Source: Bacillota bacterium
Lineage (GTDB): Bacteria; Bacillota; Clostridia; Christensenellales; JAEXRW01
DNA: 64,000 nucleotides
Direction of reading: 5' to 3'
NCBI GenBank assembly: GCA_023454175.1
Contig: JAEXRW010000028.1
Coordinates: 2,200-66,199 of the forward strand
Shown here: in pieces, positions 8,460 to 18,616 of the stretch
How positions within the stretch are numbered: the stretch's first letter is position 1
Layout: each line of letters starts with the position of its first letter
Position numbers and translations under genes: made by a program
Notes under the pieces: generated by a model
The model's input: the letters and a program-made list of their open reading frames with translations, nothing else
What the model was told of the DNA's origin: nothing
Databases searched by the model: none

Positions 8460-8575
8460 TAATTAATAGTTAATAATGAAGAATTTTGGTGAGCCCTTCG
8501 GGGGTGAATGCAATTGCCTTTCCGGGGCTAACTAGTTGACAGTTAATAGTTTCGGAATGCCGGGGGACAAGGGTT
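8453..8575 (+). repeat. mosaic intergenic repeat element (TAATTAA/TAGTTAA heptads, GAGCCCTTCGGGGG hairpin, second heptad block, then TTTCGGAATGCCGGGGG)
   Basis: Begins at the pcm stop codon. Confidence 0.65.
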
Positions 8576-8723
8576 ACCTTCCATTGAGCGAGCATAAAAA
8601 CTGAGGGGATTTCCCATCATGTATCACCGTTTAATGCCCGTTACCTTATGATTCTGATATAATGTGAATAAGTCTTTATTATCCATATCTGCATTTACAG
8701 GGGAACCAAGCAAGGAGACCATC

Positions 8724-9701
8724 ATGATTAAGAAAACGGTATCCCGTATAGCTGCCTGTCTTATGATAATATTGCTTGGTGTATTGCTTTTAGGATGTCC
8801 AGCCACACCAAGTTCAGACTATAATTATGTATTTGAGAGTACTCTTCAAAATGAGTACGGGATAGACTTTGACAAGACGAATCGGCGAACAGTCAAAATA
8901 ACGTACAGAATACCGGACGGAACCGAAAAGACTGCTATATTCCAACTGGATGGATATAACGCCAAGAAAAAAGTCGGATATAAACTAGTCACTTTGAAAG
9001 ATAAAACACAGTGGGAAAAAGACCGTGCCAATGGCAACCTGAATGCGCCAGATCTCAGTGACATCAAACTGATCCAGGAAGCAGCTGCAAGAAATGCATC
9101 CCACATTTTCTTTATAAGTATTTATAGTTATCAAAACGACACCGGTTACGATCAAATCATCGATGACCAAGGCAAAGTGAACGGTGATGCCAGAACGATA
9201 CTTCAAACCCCGGAAATCAAGCAATGGATTGAGGATGGGCTTTACAGCGGAGAATGGGTGAAAGATGGTATAGAACAGTATTGGGCGAAAGATTACCAGT
9301 TTGGAAAGATAAATTTCAAACATGATGATTTAAGAAATGTCATCATTGGGTATGGAGACAACCAGAAAGCAGTTTTCCGACTGGATGGATATGACCCTGA
9401 AAAGCAAATCGGTTATAAATTTGTCACTGCTGCCGATGAGAAGCGCTGGGAAGAACAAAGAAAAAGCGGAGATATTAACGCACCCTATCTTAGTGAAAGT
9501 GAACAAATAAGGACTGCTGCCTTATGGTATGATTTCCCGATCATCTTTATATATGCAAAGGACTATTGGAAGTCGAACATTATCGGAATAATAAGCAGTT
9601 CCCAAGTCATGGTTTATAAAGATAGAGCTTATGAGACCGATACCAGAAGGCGCCTGAGGGAATGGTATGATGAACACGGCTTCAAAATGTTCCGTGAATG
9701 A
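8724..9701 (+). CDS. lipoprotein with two internally duplicated ~110-aa domains
   Basis: Signal peptide with LLLGC lipobox. Repeat 1 is IFQLDGYNAKKKVGYKLVTLKDKTQWEKDRANGNLNAPDLSD; repeat 2 is VFRLDGYDPEKQIGYKFVTAADEKRWEEQRKSGDINAPYLSE. RBS AAGGAGA. Low GC. Confidence 0.5.
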   Translation: MIKKTVSRIAACLMIILLGVLLLGCPATPSSDYNYVFESTLQNEYGIDFDKTNRRTVKITYRIPDGTEKTAIFQLDGYNAKKKVGYKLVTLKDKTQWEKDRANGNLNAPDLSDIKLIQEAAARNASHIFFISIYSYQNDTGYDQIIDDQGKVNGDARTILQTPEIKQWIEDGLYSGEWVKDGIEQYWAKDYQFGKINFKHDDLRNVIIGYGDNQKAVFRLDGYDPEKQIGYKFVTAADEKRWEEQRKSGDINAPYLSESEQIRTAALWYDFPIIFIYAKDYWKSNIIGIISSSQVMVYKDRAYETDTRRRLREWYDEHGFKMFRE

Positions 9702-9770
9702 TGGAATACAACAAACAATTCAGTAAAATGCAGAACGAACATATCCAGCAACTCTCGTGAGGTAAAAACG

Positions 9771-10745
9771 ATGAAGACGTTCCAAAAAGAGATATCTATC
9801 GGACTGGTCCTTTTGTGCCTGATCGCGCTGACGGCCTGCACCGCAAGCCCGCAGGCCAGCCCCGCTCCATCGGACCTACCGCCCGCGAATACGGCTACGA
9901 CCATCCAACCATCACCGCCACAGCCGACGCCTGCACAGCCGACGCAGGCACAGCCTGCGCCGGCTGGGGAGAAATACTCCGTGGACGCGCAAAACGGGAA
10001 ATGGAGTTACAGCTGCGATGATTACTCCATCGACATTACCAAGATCCAAAGCGATAAACTGAAACTGACATACTTCCTGGCGGACATAAAGATCAGCAAC
10101 TTTGACGTGATCCAGTCGGGATTCTCCAGCAGGGCGCACCCGGGGTATTCACCGGGGAACCCGACCAAAACCGCAGCAAATTACAACGCGGTCTACGCGC
10201 AGAACGGGGACTGGTTTTACCACCCGGCGAACAAGCAGGGGATGTGCATCCGCAACGGGATCACCTTTTATGACAAGGAACAGCAGGCCGACACACTGGC
10301 ATTCCTGCCGGACCTGACCATCCAAATCTACCGCCCGGGAGAAACGACCGTACTGGACCTATTAAAATCCGGGGTAAAGGATACGATCTCCTTCGGGCCG
10401 ATGCTGGTGCGGGACGGGAAGGTGAACGAGGACCTGCCCAAATCCCACATCTACGACCCGTACGCGCGGAGCGGATTCGGCATGACTACCAAGAGCCATT
10501 TTATCGGGATCGTGACGGAAGGCTTCGGCGTGGACGACAGCCGGGGGATCACGCTGGACGAATTCGCCCAGCTATTCCTCTCCCACGGGTGCAATACCGC
10601 CTACAACCTGGACGGGGGGCCATCGGCGGCGATGATCTTCATGGGGAAGATGCTGAACAGGCACAGGCTGAGCAACGGAAAGACGTACACGGCCGTGCCG
10701 GACATCCTCATCATCGGCACAACGCCGAGCGTGAAAGGGAATTGA
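9771..10745 (+). CDS. phosphodiester glycosidase (DUF2233/NAGPA-like) family lipoprotein
   Basis: Lipobox LTAC, a Pro/Gln-rich linker, and a C-terminal CNTAYNLDGGPSAAM motif typical of the family. Confidence 0.55.
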   Translation: MKTFQKEISIGLVLLCLIALTACTASPQASPAPSDLPPANTATTIQPSPPQPTPAQPTQAQPAPAGEKYSVDAQNGKWSYSCDDYSIDITKIQSDKLKLTYFLADIKISNFDVIQSGFSSRAHPGYSPGNPTKTAANYNAVYAQNGDWFYHPANKQGMCIRNGITFYDKEQQADTLAFLPDLTIQIYRPGETTVLDLLKSGVKDTISFGPMLVRDGKVNEDLPKSHIYDPYARSGFGMTTKSHFIGIVTEGFGVDDSRGITLDEFAQLFLSHGCNTAYNLDGGPSAAMIFMGKMLNRHRLSNGKTYTAVPDILIIGTTPSVKGN

Positions 10746-10780
10746 AATACATATAATGCACTCATACATTGAGGCTAGAT

Positions 10781-11188
10781 ATGAAAAACAGCACATGGAA
10801 TTGGTATGGTGTAAAAATCATAAAACAAATAATAGTTGAAGGTGAGCCTGACGAGACATTGCTTGACGAATTTTATGAGGATGATGGCAAGCAGTGGTTT
10901 GAAGAATCCTTAATACTCGTTCGCGCACAATCTTTTGAACATGCCTATAAGATTGCTGAAATAAAGGCCAGGAAAGACAATGATTTTTATCCCAATAAAT
11001 ACGGGCAACAAGTGGCCTGGAAGTTTGTTGAAGCTGTTGATTGTTTTTTAATACTCGACGAATTAAAATCTGGAGCAGAAGTATATTCATGTTTTCATAC
11101 CACAGCAAAAGATAGAACAGCAGAAGATTTCTTAAACTTATGGTTTAATAACTCAGAGGAAGGTTGTCATAAAGCGAGACATCTGTGA
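10781..11188 (+). CDS. DUF4288 family protein
   Basis: WYGVKIIKQIIVEGEPD...ESLILVRAQSFEHAYKIAE...VAWKFVEAVDCFLILDE resembles the DUF4288 consensus as recalled. AT-rich gene. Confidence 0.5.
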   Translation: MKNSTWNWYGVKIIKQIIVEGEPDETLLDEFYEDDGKQWFEESLILVRAQSFEHAYKIAEIKARKDNDFYPNKYGQQVAWKFVEAVDCFLILDELKSGAEVYSCFHTTAKDRTAEDFLNLWFNNSEEGCHKARHL

Positions 11189-11248
11189 AACAAGAATATC
11201 AAAATAAAATATTGTTAACAGGTTCAACACCTCTTGCTGGGCAAAATA

Positions 11249-11845
11249 ATGAAGTCCATGGTGAATGCAGGAGGTGTTGTTTATTTGCGGAGAGCCAAAT
11301 GGATCGCCTTGATCGTGACAGTCTTTTTGTTCGGGACGACGGCTACGGCGTTTGCCGACGGCAACATGTCCACGATCGAACAAAAATGGCTGGACTTTCA
11401 GCGCGCGGTGATGGAGCAGCAGGTGAAGGACGGGAGCCTGAGCCAAGAGCAGGCATCCGGTTATCTGACGAACCTGGAAAAATGCCTGAACGAGAGCAAG
11501 GAAGACGTGGTCTACAAGCTCTTCAAGGACAGGCTCCAGAAGGACGGCCGGGAGCATGGAAAGCGCGGCGCTGAAACGTATGCGAAGCTGACGAACCGCA
11601 GCATAGAAGATGTGCTGAAACTGTGCAAAAGCGGCAACATAACGGTGTGGCAGCTGGCTCAGAAAGAGGGCAAGCTGGACGTACTGAAGGACGCCGTGAT
11701 GAAGGACAAGACCGCAAAGCTGGACAAGCTGGTCAAGGAAGGGCGCATCACCAGCCAGCAGCGGGATGAGATGCTGAAGCGGATGAAGGAATGGATGGAC
11801 AACAACGCCACGAAGGACAACGGAGGGGCGTGCCCAAGGGACTGA
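11249..11845 (+). CDS. secreted hypothetical protein (Lys/Glu-rich helical)
   Basis: Signal peptide RRAKWIALIVTVFLFGTTATAFA. Start is uncertain: ATG 11249, or TTG 11287 preceded by AGGAGG. Confidence 0.45.
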   Translation: MKSMVNAGGVVYLRRAKWIALIVTVFLFGTTATAFADGNMSTIEQKWLDFQRAVMEQQVKDGSLSQEQASGYLTNLEKCLNESKEDVVYKLFKDRLQKDGREHGKRGAETYAKLTNRSIEDVLKLCKSGNITVWQLAQKEGKLDVLKDAVMKDKTAKLDKLVKEGRITSQQRDEMLKRMKEWMDNNATKDNGGACPRD

Positions 11846-12214
11846 AGTCCCTCGGGATTAAAATCCCTTGGAGCTAAAGCTCCTTTGGAGTTTAACGACT
11901 TTGGGACAATAGGATCGGTTGGTTTGAACGAGGACAGACACTAAAACGAGATTCACCATGCGGCAGGGGGGAGCGGAAAACCGCTCCTTTCCATTGGGTC
12001 AAACGCGCTTCTCAGTCCGAACTGCAAATGCCAAAAAACCGGATAAATGGGCTGCGAGGAATGTAAAACACTGCGGAATGCCCTGACGGGCATTAATGTT
12101 GGTCCCAACCATGCAAAGAATCAATACTCCCTGATTGAAGAATGACTGCAACACATATATAATCAATATATACCTCCATTACCACACTGTGTTAATCACA
12201 GCCTGATTGAGGAA

Positions 12215-13411
12215 ATGAACGAACAGCAAACGCAAAAGAACCGAAATATACCCATGGACTATTTCAAGGCGTTCCTGACGGTGCTGGTGGTACTGCACCA
12301 CAGCATTTTGTCCTTCACGGTGAACGCGAAAGCGGGCATCCCCATCGCGGACAGGGCGAGCTTCATGGGATATGATTTCCTGGTCGGGCTGAATGACAAC
12401 TTCTTTATGTTCGCCTTTTTCTTCGTGTCGGGGTATTTCATCTGGAGGAGCATTCAGAAAAAAGGCGCGGGACGCTGGACGGCGGAACGGGCCAGACGTC
12501 TGGGGATACCCTTTGGCATAGGGATCCTGACGGTAAACCTCATCACCTACTTTTTAGGCGCGCTGGTCCGGATGCGGCAAACCGGCGCGACCCCGGAGGG
12601 CCGTGACCTGTGGGCGATCTTCATGCAGGGCATCGGCCAGCACGGCTACCATCTGTGGTTTTTATGGCTGCTGCTGGTATTCAGCCTGGTCATAGCTGTC
12701 ATCGTGCGGGCAATGCCAAATCCCACCCGGCCGCCGGCGGACAGCCGATTTTACCGCAGTGCGTGGGTATTCCTGCCCTGCTTTTTAGGGTTATCCCTGG
12801 TATGCTACGCCCCCATGGTCACCTTATTCGGCACAGCCTTCGTGGGATTCGGGGCGGCTGACCTGCAAATATCGCGCCTGCTGATCTATTTCCTATTCTT
12901 TTTCACCGGGTACCTTTTTGGGAAGCGCGAGCCGGGAAAAACGCTGCTGGCGAAGGAAAGCCGCTTCACAAAGGCATGGTGGGCCATGCTGCTGGCGGGG
13001 CTGGCTTCCTACGGGGCGATCTACTACTTTTACATCCTGGGGGCGATACCCCAAAGAAACCCATGGCTCGGCTACGTATTTCCCTTCCTCTCCGTATTCG
13101 CGGCAGTTTTCCTGACATTCGGTTTACTGAGCGCCTTCAACCTGTATGTGAGGAAGCCCAACAAGGCGGCGGACAGCCTGGCCAAGAATGCTTTTTCCAT
13201 CTACTTCATCCATTACGTGATCGTCACGGGCATGCTGTATGTACTGTATGATGCTGAACTGCCGGGGGTGTGGAAGGGCATCATCGTATTCGCAGCGGCC
13301 CTCCCTATTTCCTGGCTGCTGGCGGCGCTGTGGGCAAGGATCATAAAAACCATCCGGAAAAAGAAAAGCATACCTGACGGCCCAGAGGCCCACGCGCAAC
13401 AGCAATTGTAA
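12215..13411 (+). CDS. acyltransferase 3 family integral membrane protein
   Basis: About 10 TM helices. N-terminal FLTVLVVLHHSI motif of the acyltransferase_3 (OatA/OpgC-like) family. TTGAAG-17-TATAAT promoter upstream. Confidence 0.7.
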   Translation: MNEQQTQKNRNIPMDYFKAFLTVLVVLHHSILSFTVNAKAGIPIADRASFMGYDFLVGLNDNFFMFAFFFVSGYFIWRSIQKKGAGRWTAERARRLGIPFGIGILTVNLITYFLGALVRMRQTGATPEGRDLWAIFMQGIGQHGYHLWFLWLLLVFSLVIAVIVRAMPNPTRPPADSRFYRSAWVFLPCFLGLSLVCYAPMVTLFGTAFVGFGAADLQISRLLIYFLFFFTGYLFGKREPGKTLLAKESRFTKAWWAMLLAGLASYGAIYYFYILGAIPQRNPWLGYVFPFLSVFAAVFLTFGLLSAFNLYVRKPNKAADSLAKNAFSIYFIHYVIVTGMLYVLYDAELPGVWKGIIVFAAALPISWLLAALWARIIKTIRKKKSIPDGPEAHAQQQL

Positions 13412-13537
13412 AATTTACCGGATACGGCACAGCACGATTGTAGAAGCAACAGTGTATGTGATAAAATATAACAGGCAAAAATTACTTGACACAAGACGCG
13501 TGACATCTCCCCTATCAAACATTTGGAGATGGATTCC

Positions 13538-15991
13538 ATGAAGAAAAAAATCACAGCCATCCTGATCGTCCTATGCCTGGTATGCATGCTGGCGCCCACT
13601 GCCTTTGCAGATGGTGATACGACGCCTCCAAGGCTTATCAGTATTTCGGTGGACAAAACCAGCTATGTCTCGGGTGAATCCGTTACGATCACACTGGAAG
13701 CGGTCGATGATGAGAGCGGAATGGGGACGGGAATCGACGTGCCGAGCATCAGAATTCGAAAAGTCAAGGACAACAGATATGAATATTTAAGCATGCATAT
13801 GACCAAGATCGAAAATACCAATCAATACAGATGCATATTTGAAGTGAATAAGTATTTCGGGACTGGCCAGTATTACATATTTGAAGTCTGGTTAAGGGAT
13901 AATGCGAAAAATGTAAGCACCTACGAAAACGGGTCTGCAAATAGCGAAAGCGAAGGTACATTTAAAACAACCTATTTCTCTGTAACCAATACAGTCCGAA
14001 CCGATTGGGATCCTCCCATAATAAAATCGGTTTCCATTGATAAACCTATAGCCAATGTAGGAGACACCGTAACATTTGATATTAGGGCCGAAGACCCTGC
14101 AGGGCTCCAATATGCCTGTGCCTATCTAGTTTATGAAGGCATGGAATTTCCTAGCAGCGGATTCGAGTTATTACCCGTGGCAGGATCGCCAGGATTACTG
14201 CGCGGATCAATTATCGTTACCAACGATATGCCGGATGCAACCTATTTTATAAATGATTTCTGGGCAGTTGACGGATTGGGAAACGGCGGAGCAATATGCG
14301 ACGCTTCGCTCTTTCGAAATGCTACTTTTAAAATAAATAATCCGAATCTCAAACCAAACCTTCCAGACCCTATCATTACAAAAATTACATTAACCCAAAA
14401 CACACTAAAGCCCGGAGACCCTATTAATGTCAAAGTCGAAGTAAACCCAAACGGGATGAGACTGAACGAATACGCCGTCTTGTACCTGTCCAATGACAAA
14501 AGCGGAACCAGTTGCGATCTTTCCATGCTGCCCGACGGCACATACGTTTCAAACAGTGTGATAGACGCCAAAATGCAAGCGGGTACATATAAACTGCGCG
14601 TCTATATGTGGCGGCTGGATGGAAAGCACGTACAATATTTTGGGCAGTGTGGAAATTACATTTTCCCAGAAGTGAAAATCATATCAGCGTTCTCAGGCGT
14701 AGACAACGTATCGTTACCGGTAGGGTCTGTACCCTTTGATCCTAAAGCCGGCGTTAGCGCATCCAACCAATCTGAAGGTGACCTCACCAGTAAGATCGAA
14801 GTCACAGGAAACGTAGATACAAATACACCCGGACTATACCTACTGAAATACAAAATAAAAAGCAACCAATCTTACAACATGGAGGACGGGACATATTATG
14901 CCTATTACTACGAATCTCGCTGGATAGGCGTATCCGAAATGCCATCCAATCCGTCTTCGGATCCCGGCGCTCCCCTGGCTGTGACCAATGACAGCCTGGC
15001 AATCGGAGCGAGCAGCAACGATGTAAGCATCAAGAAAGACGGTAAAGCGATAAACTTTGCCAACAAGGTTTCTGCAGCAGGGGAATATACGGTATCCCTG
15101 AAAGGCACCTCAGGCAATAGCGGATCCTATGGGGCATCAGCCTACAACAGTGATACTGCCAAGGCTGTGATCGACCGGAGCGGGCCGGTGATCAGCGCCA
15201 GCTCAAAATCCATCGCCCCCAATAATTATAAAGTGATCGTGAATGCAAAAGACCCCGCGGGCGTGGCGGAAACGCGGTATATCCAGGGCAGCGGCACATT
15301 GGCCAATTGTAAAGCATACGGAAAGGCATTTTCAGGGACATTCAATGTGGGCGCCAAGGGCAAATACACCATCTACGCCAAAGACCGGTTTGGGTATGAA
15401 AGCGTGAAGGTCATAGACATCTCCAAGATACTGGTGAGCAATCCCTACCTGAACAAGATATCAGTGGATAAGGGCAAGCTGAACCGCACCTTCAAATACA
15501 ATTATTACAGCTACACAATAAAACTGGGGGAACATGAAGACGGCGTGACCATAGCACCCGTAAAGGCGGACCCAGACGCCACCATGACCATCCAGGGGAA
15601 GGCTGTCGCCAGCAAATACATCCATGTAGACAACAACAAGAGCGTGAAGGTGCCCATCCGGATCAAATCCGGGAAGCTGAGCAAGACCTATACTGTGACG
15701 GTGAAGCGCGCACCGTCCACCAACAACAACCTGACAGGGTTGACAGTATCGGTGAACAGCGAGTGGCTTACCTATAATCCGGCGACTTTGACCTATACCC
15801 TGCAACTGGACAAGGATACACGCTCCGTACGCGTGACGCCCATCAAAGCGAGCAGCCTGGCGAAAGTATACCCCGGCGCCAAGACATACACCCTGAAAAA
15901 CGGGAAGCAAACAAAGATCAGGATCACCGTGACCGCGCAATCCGGGGCGAAGAAAAAGTACTGGCTCATCATCAAAAGGGCATCAAGCTGA
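13538..15991 (+). CDS. secreted surface protein with Ig-like domains and C-terminal cadherin-like beta-sandwich repeats
   Basis: Signal peptide. C-terminal repeats such as NNLTGLTVSVN...YTLQLDKDTRSVRVTPI...KKYWLIIKRA are shared with the three giant proteins. Confidence 0.7.
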   Translation: MKKKITAILIVLCLVCMLAPTAFADGDTTPPRLISISVDKTSYVSGESVTITLEAVDDESGMGTGIDVPSIRIRKVKDNRYEYLSMHMTKIENTNQYRCIFEVNKYFGTGQYYIFEVWLRDNAKNVSTYENGSANSESEGTFKTTYFSVTNTVRTDWDPPIIKSVSIDKPIANVGDTVTFDIRAEDPAGLQYACAYLVYEGMEFPSSGFELLPVAGSPGLLRGSIIVTNDMPDATYFINDFWAVDGLGNGGAICDASLFRNATFKINNPNLKPNLPDPIITKITLTQNTLKPGDPINVKVEVNPNGMRLNEYAVLYLSNDKSGTSCDLSMLPDGTYVSNSVIDAKMQAGTYKLRVYMWRLDGKHVQYFGQCGNYIFPEVKIISAFSGVDNVSLPVGSVPFDPKAGVSASNQSEGDLTSKIEVTGNVDTNTPGLYLLKYKIKSNQSYNMEDGTYYAYYYESRWIGVSEMPSNPSSDPGAPLAVTNDSLAIGASSNDVSIKKDGKAINFANKVSAAGEYTVSLKGTSGNSGSYGASAYNSDTAKAVIDRSGPVISASSKSIAPNNYKVIVNAKDPAGVAETRYIQGSGTLANCKAYGKAFSGTFNVGAKGKYTIYAKDRFGYESVKVIDISKILVSNPYLNKISVDKGKLNRTFKYNYYSYTIKLGEHEDGVTIAPVKADPDATMTIQGKAVASKYIHVDNNKSVKVPIRIKSGKLSKTYTVTVKRAPSTNNNLTGLTVSVNSEWLTYNPATLTYTLQLDKDTRSVRVTPIKASSLAKVYPGAKTYTLKNGKQTKIRITVTAQSGAKKKYWLIIKRASS

Positions 15992-16038
15992 CACTGCGTA
16001 AGCCATAAAAAGAATGAGGCAAGTAAAATGAGCAGGGA

Positions 16039-17403
16039 ATGCTCATTTTATGTTATAGTGAGAATGGGTATACATTAAGGGGACACTATTACGCAAGAAC
16101 AGGGGACAACTGCCCGTTGAAAAACAAGGCCGTTCAAGATAAATCAAACCCGTGGTACAGGCTGGACAACGCCGCGAAGCTGTACCCGGCCATCCGGAAC
16201 CGGAAATGGATGTCCATCTTCCGGGTATCCGTATTACTAAATGAGCCTGTGAAACCGCTGGTGCTGCAGGAGGCGCTGGAGACCACGCTTGCCCGCATCC
16301 CGAGCTTCGCGCTGAAGATGCGGACGGGCTTTTTCTGGTACTACTTCGAACCCAACCCGCGCAAACCCCTGGTGCAGGAAGACGTGCAGAACCCGTGCAT
16401 GCGCTTTACCAAGGCGAACCGGGGATACCTTTTCCGCGTGCGCTACTACAACCGACGCATCGCGCTGGAAGTATTCCACGCCGTGACGGACGGGACGGGC
16501 GCGATGACCTTCCTCAAGACACTCACCGCCGAGTACCTGCGGCTGATGGGGCACAAGATCCCGGCGGGGGAAGGCATCCTGGACCCGGCCAAGGACTCCA
16601 AGGCGGGGGAGATGGAGGACGCCTTTTCCAGATACGCGCGCTTCAAGGCCCACCACAGCCGCAAGGAGAGCAAGGCCTATTCCGTGCGCGGAACGGTGGA
16701 GCCGATGCTGAACCTGAACATCACGACGGGGCTCATCCCGCTGGAGCGGATCACCCCGATGGCCAAGAAGCAGGGCGTATCCCTGACGGAATTCATCGTG
16801 GCGATGCTGCTCATATCATTAAACAAGGTCCAGCTGGCGGAGGGGAACCGCAGGCTGCGCCCCGTGAAGGTATCCGTGCCGGTGAACCTGCGCAAATACT
16901 ACGAATCGGAATCACTGCGCAATTTCTCGATGTTCGTCAACCCCGGTATCGACCCCAACTTTGGCGAATACACGCTGGAGGAGGTGTGCCAGCTGGTGCA
17001 CCACTTCCTGCGCTACGAGATGACGGAAAAGCACCTGAACGCGCGGCTGGCGCGCAACGTGCAGTCCGAACGCAACCCGGTGGTGCGGGCGATGCCGCTT
17101 TTTGCAAAGAACGCGGCGATACGGATGATCTTCCACTATACGGGGGAGAGCCGGTTCACCAGTACGTTTTCCAATATCGGTATCGTGAGCGTGCCGGAAG
17201 AGATGAAAAAATACGTGGAACGCTTTGACTTCGTGCTGGGGCCTTCCCGCTACAACCGCGTGAACTGCACGGCAACGAGCTACGGCGGGACGCTGGCGCT
17301 CACCTTTTCCCGCGTGATACGGGAGGCCATGGTGGAACGGGAATTCTTCACGATGCTGGTGAAGATGGGAGTCCCGGTAAAAATCGAGAGCAACCAGGAG
17401 TGA
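16039..17403 (+). CDS. HxxxDG-motif acyltransferase (condensation/alcohol-acetyltransferase-like fold)
   Basis: HAVTDGTG matches the HHxxxDG catalytic motif of the CAT/condensation superfamily. About 450 aa. Start uncertain (possible TTG ~16124). Confidence 0.5.
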   Translation: MLILCYSENGYTLRGHYYARTGDNCPLKNKAVQDKSNPWYRLDNAAKLYPAIRNRKWMSIFRVSVLLNEPVKPLVLQEALETTLARIPSFALKMRTGFFWYYFEPNPRKPLVQEDVQNPCMRFTKANRGYLFRVRYYNRRIALEVFHAVTDGTGAMTFLKTLTAEYLRLMGHKIPAGEGILDPAKDSKAGEMEDAFSRYARFKAHHSRKESKAYSVRGTVEPMLNLNITTGLIPLERITPMAKKQGVSLTEFIVAMLLISLNKVQLAEGNRRLRPVKVSVPVNLRKYYESESLRNFSMFVNPGIDPNFGEYTLEEVCQLVHHFLRYEMTEKHLNARLARNVQSERNPVVRAMPLFAKNAAIRMIFHYTGESRFTSTFSNIGIVSVPEEMKKYVERFDFVLGPSRYNRVNCTATSYGGTLALTFSRVIREAMVEREFFTMLVKMGVPVKIESNQE

Positions 17404-17412
17404 TATACTGAT

Positions 17413-18132
17413 ATGTCTTACTGCGTGAACTGCGGGGTGGAGCTGGACCCGACACAGAAAAAATGCCCATTATGCAGCGTGCCGGTGATCAACCCGGCCG
17501 AGAAGGCGTGCGACGAACCCAAACCGTACCCTGCCCAGCGGGACGAGCACGAAGCCGCCTTCAACAAGGACCTGTGGGTCAAGCTGCTGTCCATCATCCT
17601 CACGACGCCGGCCGTGATTTGCCTGCTGACGAACCTGCTGTACAACGGCACGGTGACGTGGGCGCTGTACGCGGTGGGGGGCATCGTGGTGGCTTGGGCC
17701 ATCGGGGTATCGCCCTTCCTCTTCAAAAAGCCCGCAGCCATCAAATGGATCATCATCGACGTGGTCGCCATCCTGGGTTACCTGAAGATGGTGGAATACG
17801 GTTTATCCCTCTACAACCCGCTTTTCCGGGAATGGTGGCTGCCCGTGGGCATGCCCATCGTACTGGGCGTGGCTTTATTCACACTGGTCATCACCATCCT
17901 GATCCAACGAAAGGTATTGAAGGAGCTGTACATCGCGGCGGCGGTATTCCTGGCCATCGCGCTGCTGCTTATCGGCGTGGAGATAGACCTGGACGCATAC
18001 TCCCAGAGCGCCATCGCGCTGGAATGGTCGCTTTTCGCGGGGGTATCCTGCGCGGCGCTTTCCATCACGTTTGTGATCCTGGAGCGGTCGAAAAAGGTCA
18101 AGGAACAGATGAGGCGCAGATTTCATATCTGA
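17413..18132 (+). CDS. zinc-ribbon plus polytopic membrane protein
   Basis: N-terminal CVNCG...CPLC zinc ribbon then about 5 TM helices. Only 9 bp downstream of the acyltransferase, so probably co-transcribed. Confidence 0.6.
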   Translation: MSYCVNCGVELDPTQKKCPLCSVPVINPAEKACDEPKPYPAQRDEHEAAFNKDLWVKLLSIILTTPAVICLLTNLLYNGTVTWALYAVGGIVVAWAIGVSPFLFKKPAAIKWIIIDVVAILGYLKMVEYGLSLYNPLFREWWLPVGMPIVLGVALFTLVITILIQRKVLKELYIAAAVFLAIALLLIGVEIDLDAYSQSAIALEWSLFAGVSCAALSITFVILERSKKVKEQMRRRFHI

Positions 18133-18480
18133 CTTTCCAGGGGGGACAGCGTGCGCTAGTGCGCCCGCGGGCAGTCCCCCCTAGATACCTCGTTGCACCC
18201 TGCGGGTGCGGCCACTCGGATACCCCCCTGCCTATAAGGTATGCCTCGCACCGCACATGTCGCTGCTCGGCATGGAATTTATAGTTGGAATTTGACAGTT
18301 GCGGTAAGTGATAAATTTACAAGTAGGAAGATCACTCTTTCCGGCGCAAAGCGACCCCATAGACCCCATAGGGCAGCTAGCGGCCCATTTACGGTTCATT
18401 TTGGGCCACATTGCGCCACTCTCCCCATAAGCGCGCGGCGCCCGAGGGAGGCAAGATGGTCCTACGGGGATGAAGCAGTC
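18131..18480 (+). repeat. composite mosaic repeat region (GC palindromes, heptad block tatagttggaatttgacagttgcggtaag, GCGACCCCAT...AGCGGCCCATTT...AAGCGCGCGGCGCCCGAGGGAGG module)
   Basis: Module order and sequence parallel 5495-5600. Confidence 0.55.
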
Positions 18481-18616
18481 AACGTTATAAAATGCAGAAA
18501 ATCCGTTTGGAATGGATTGACCGATTGACGATTTGCATAGGAGAATTACAGAACGCTTACGATCAGCATTTATTTTTTTGGATTGATTTATCCCACTGAT
18601 AACTCCCGGAGGTAAC

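Noticed and set aside
16395-17228. 277-aa alternative-frame ORF inside the acyltransferase gene
   Set aside because: Same-strand overlapping frame with Gly/Arg/Pro-rich composition, an artefact of high GC.
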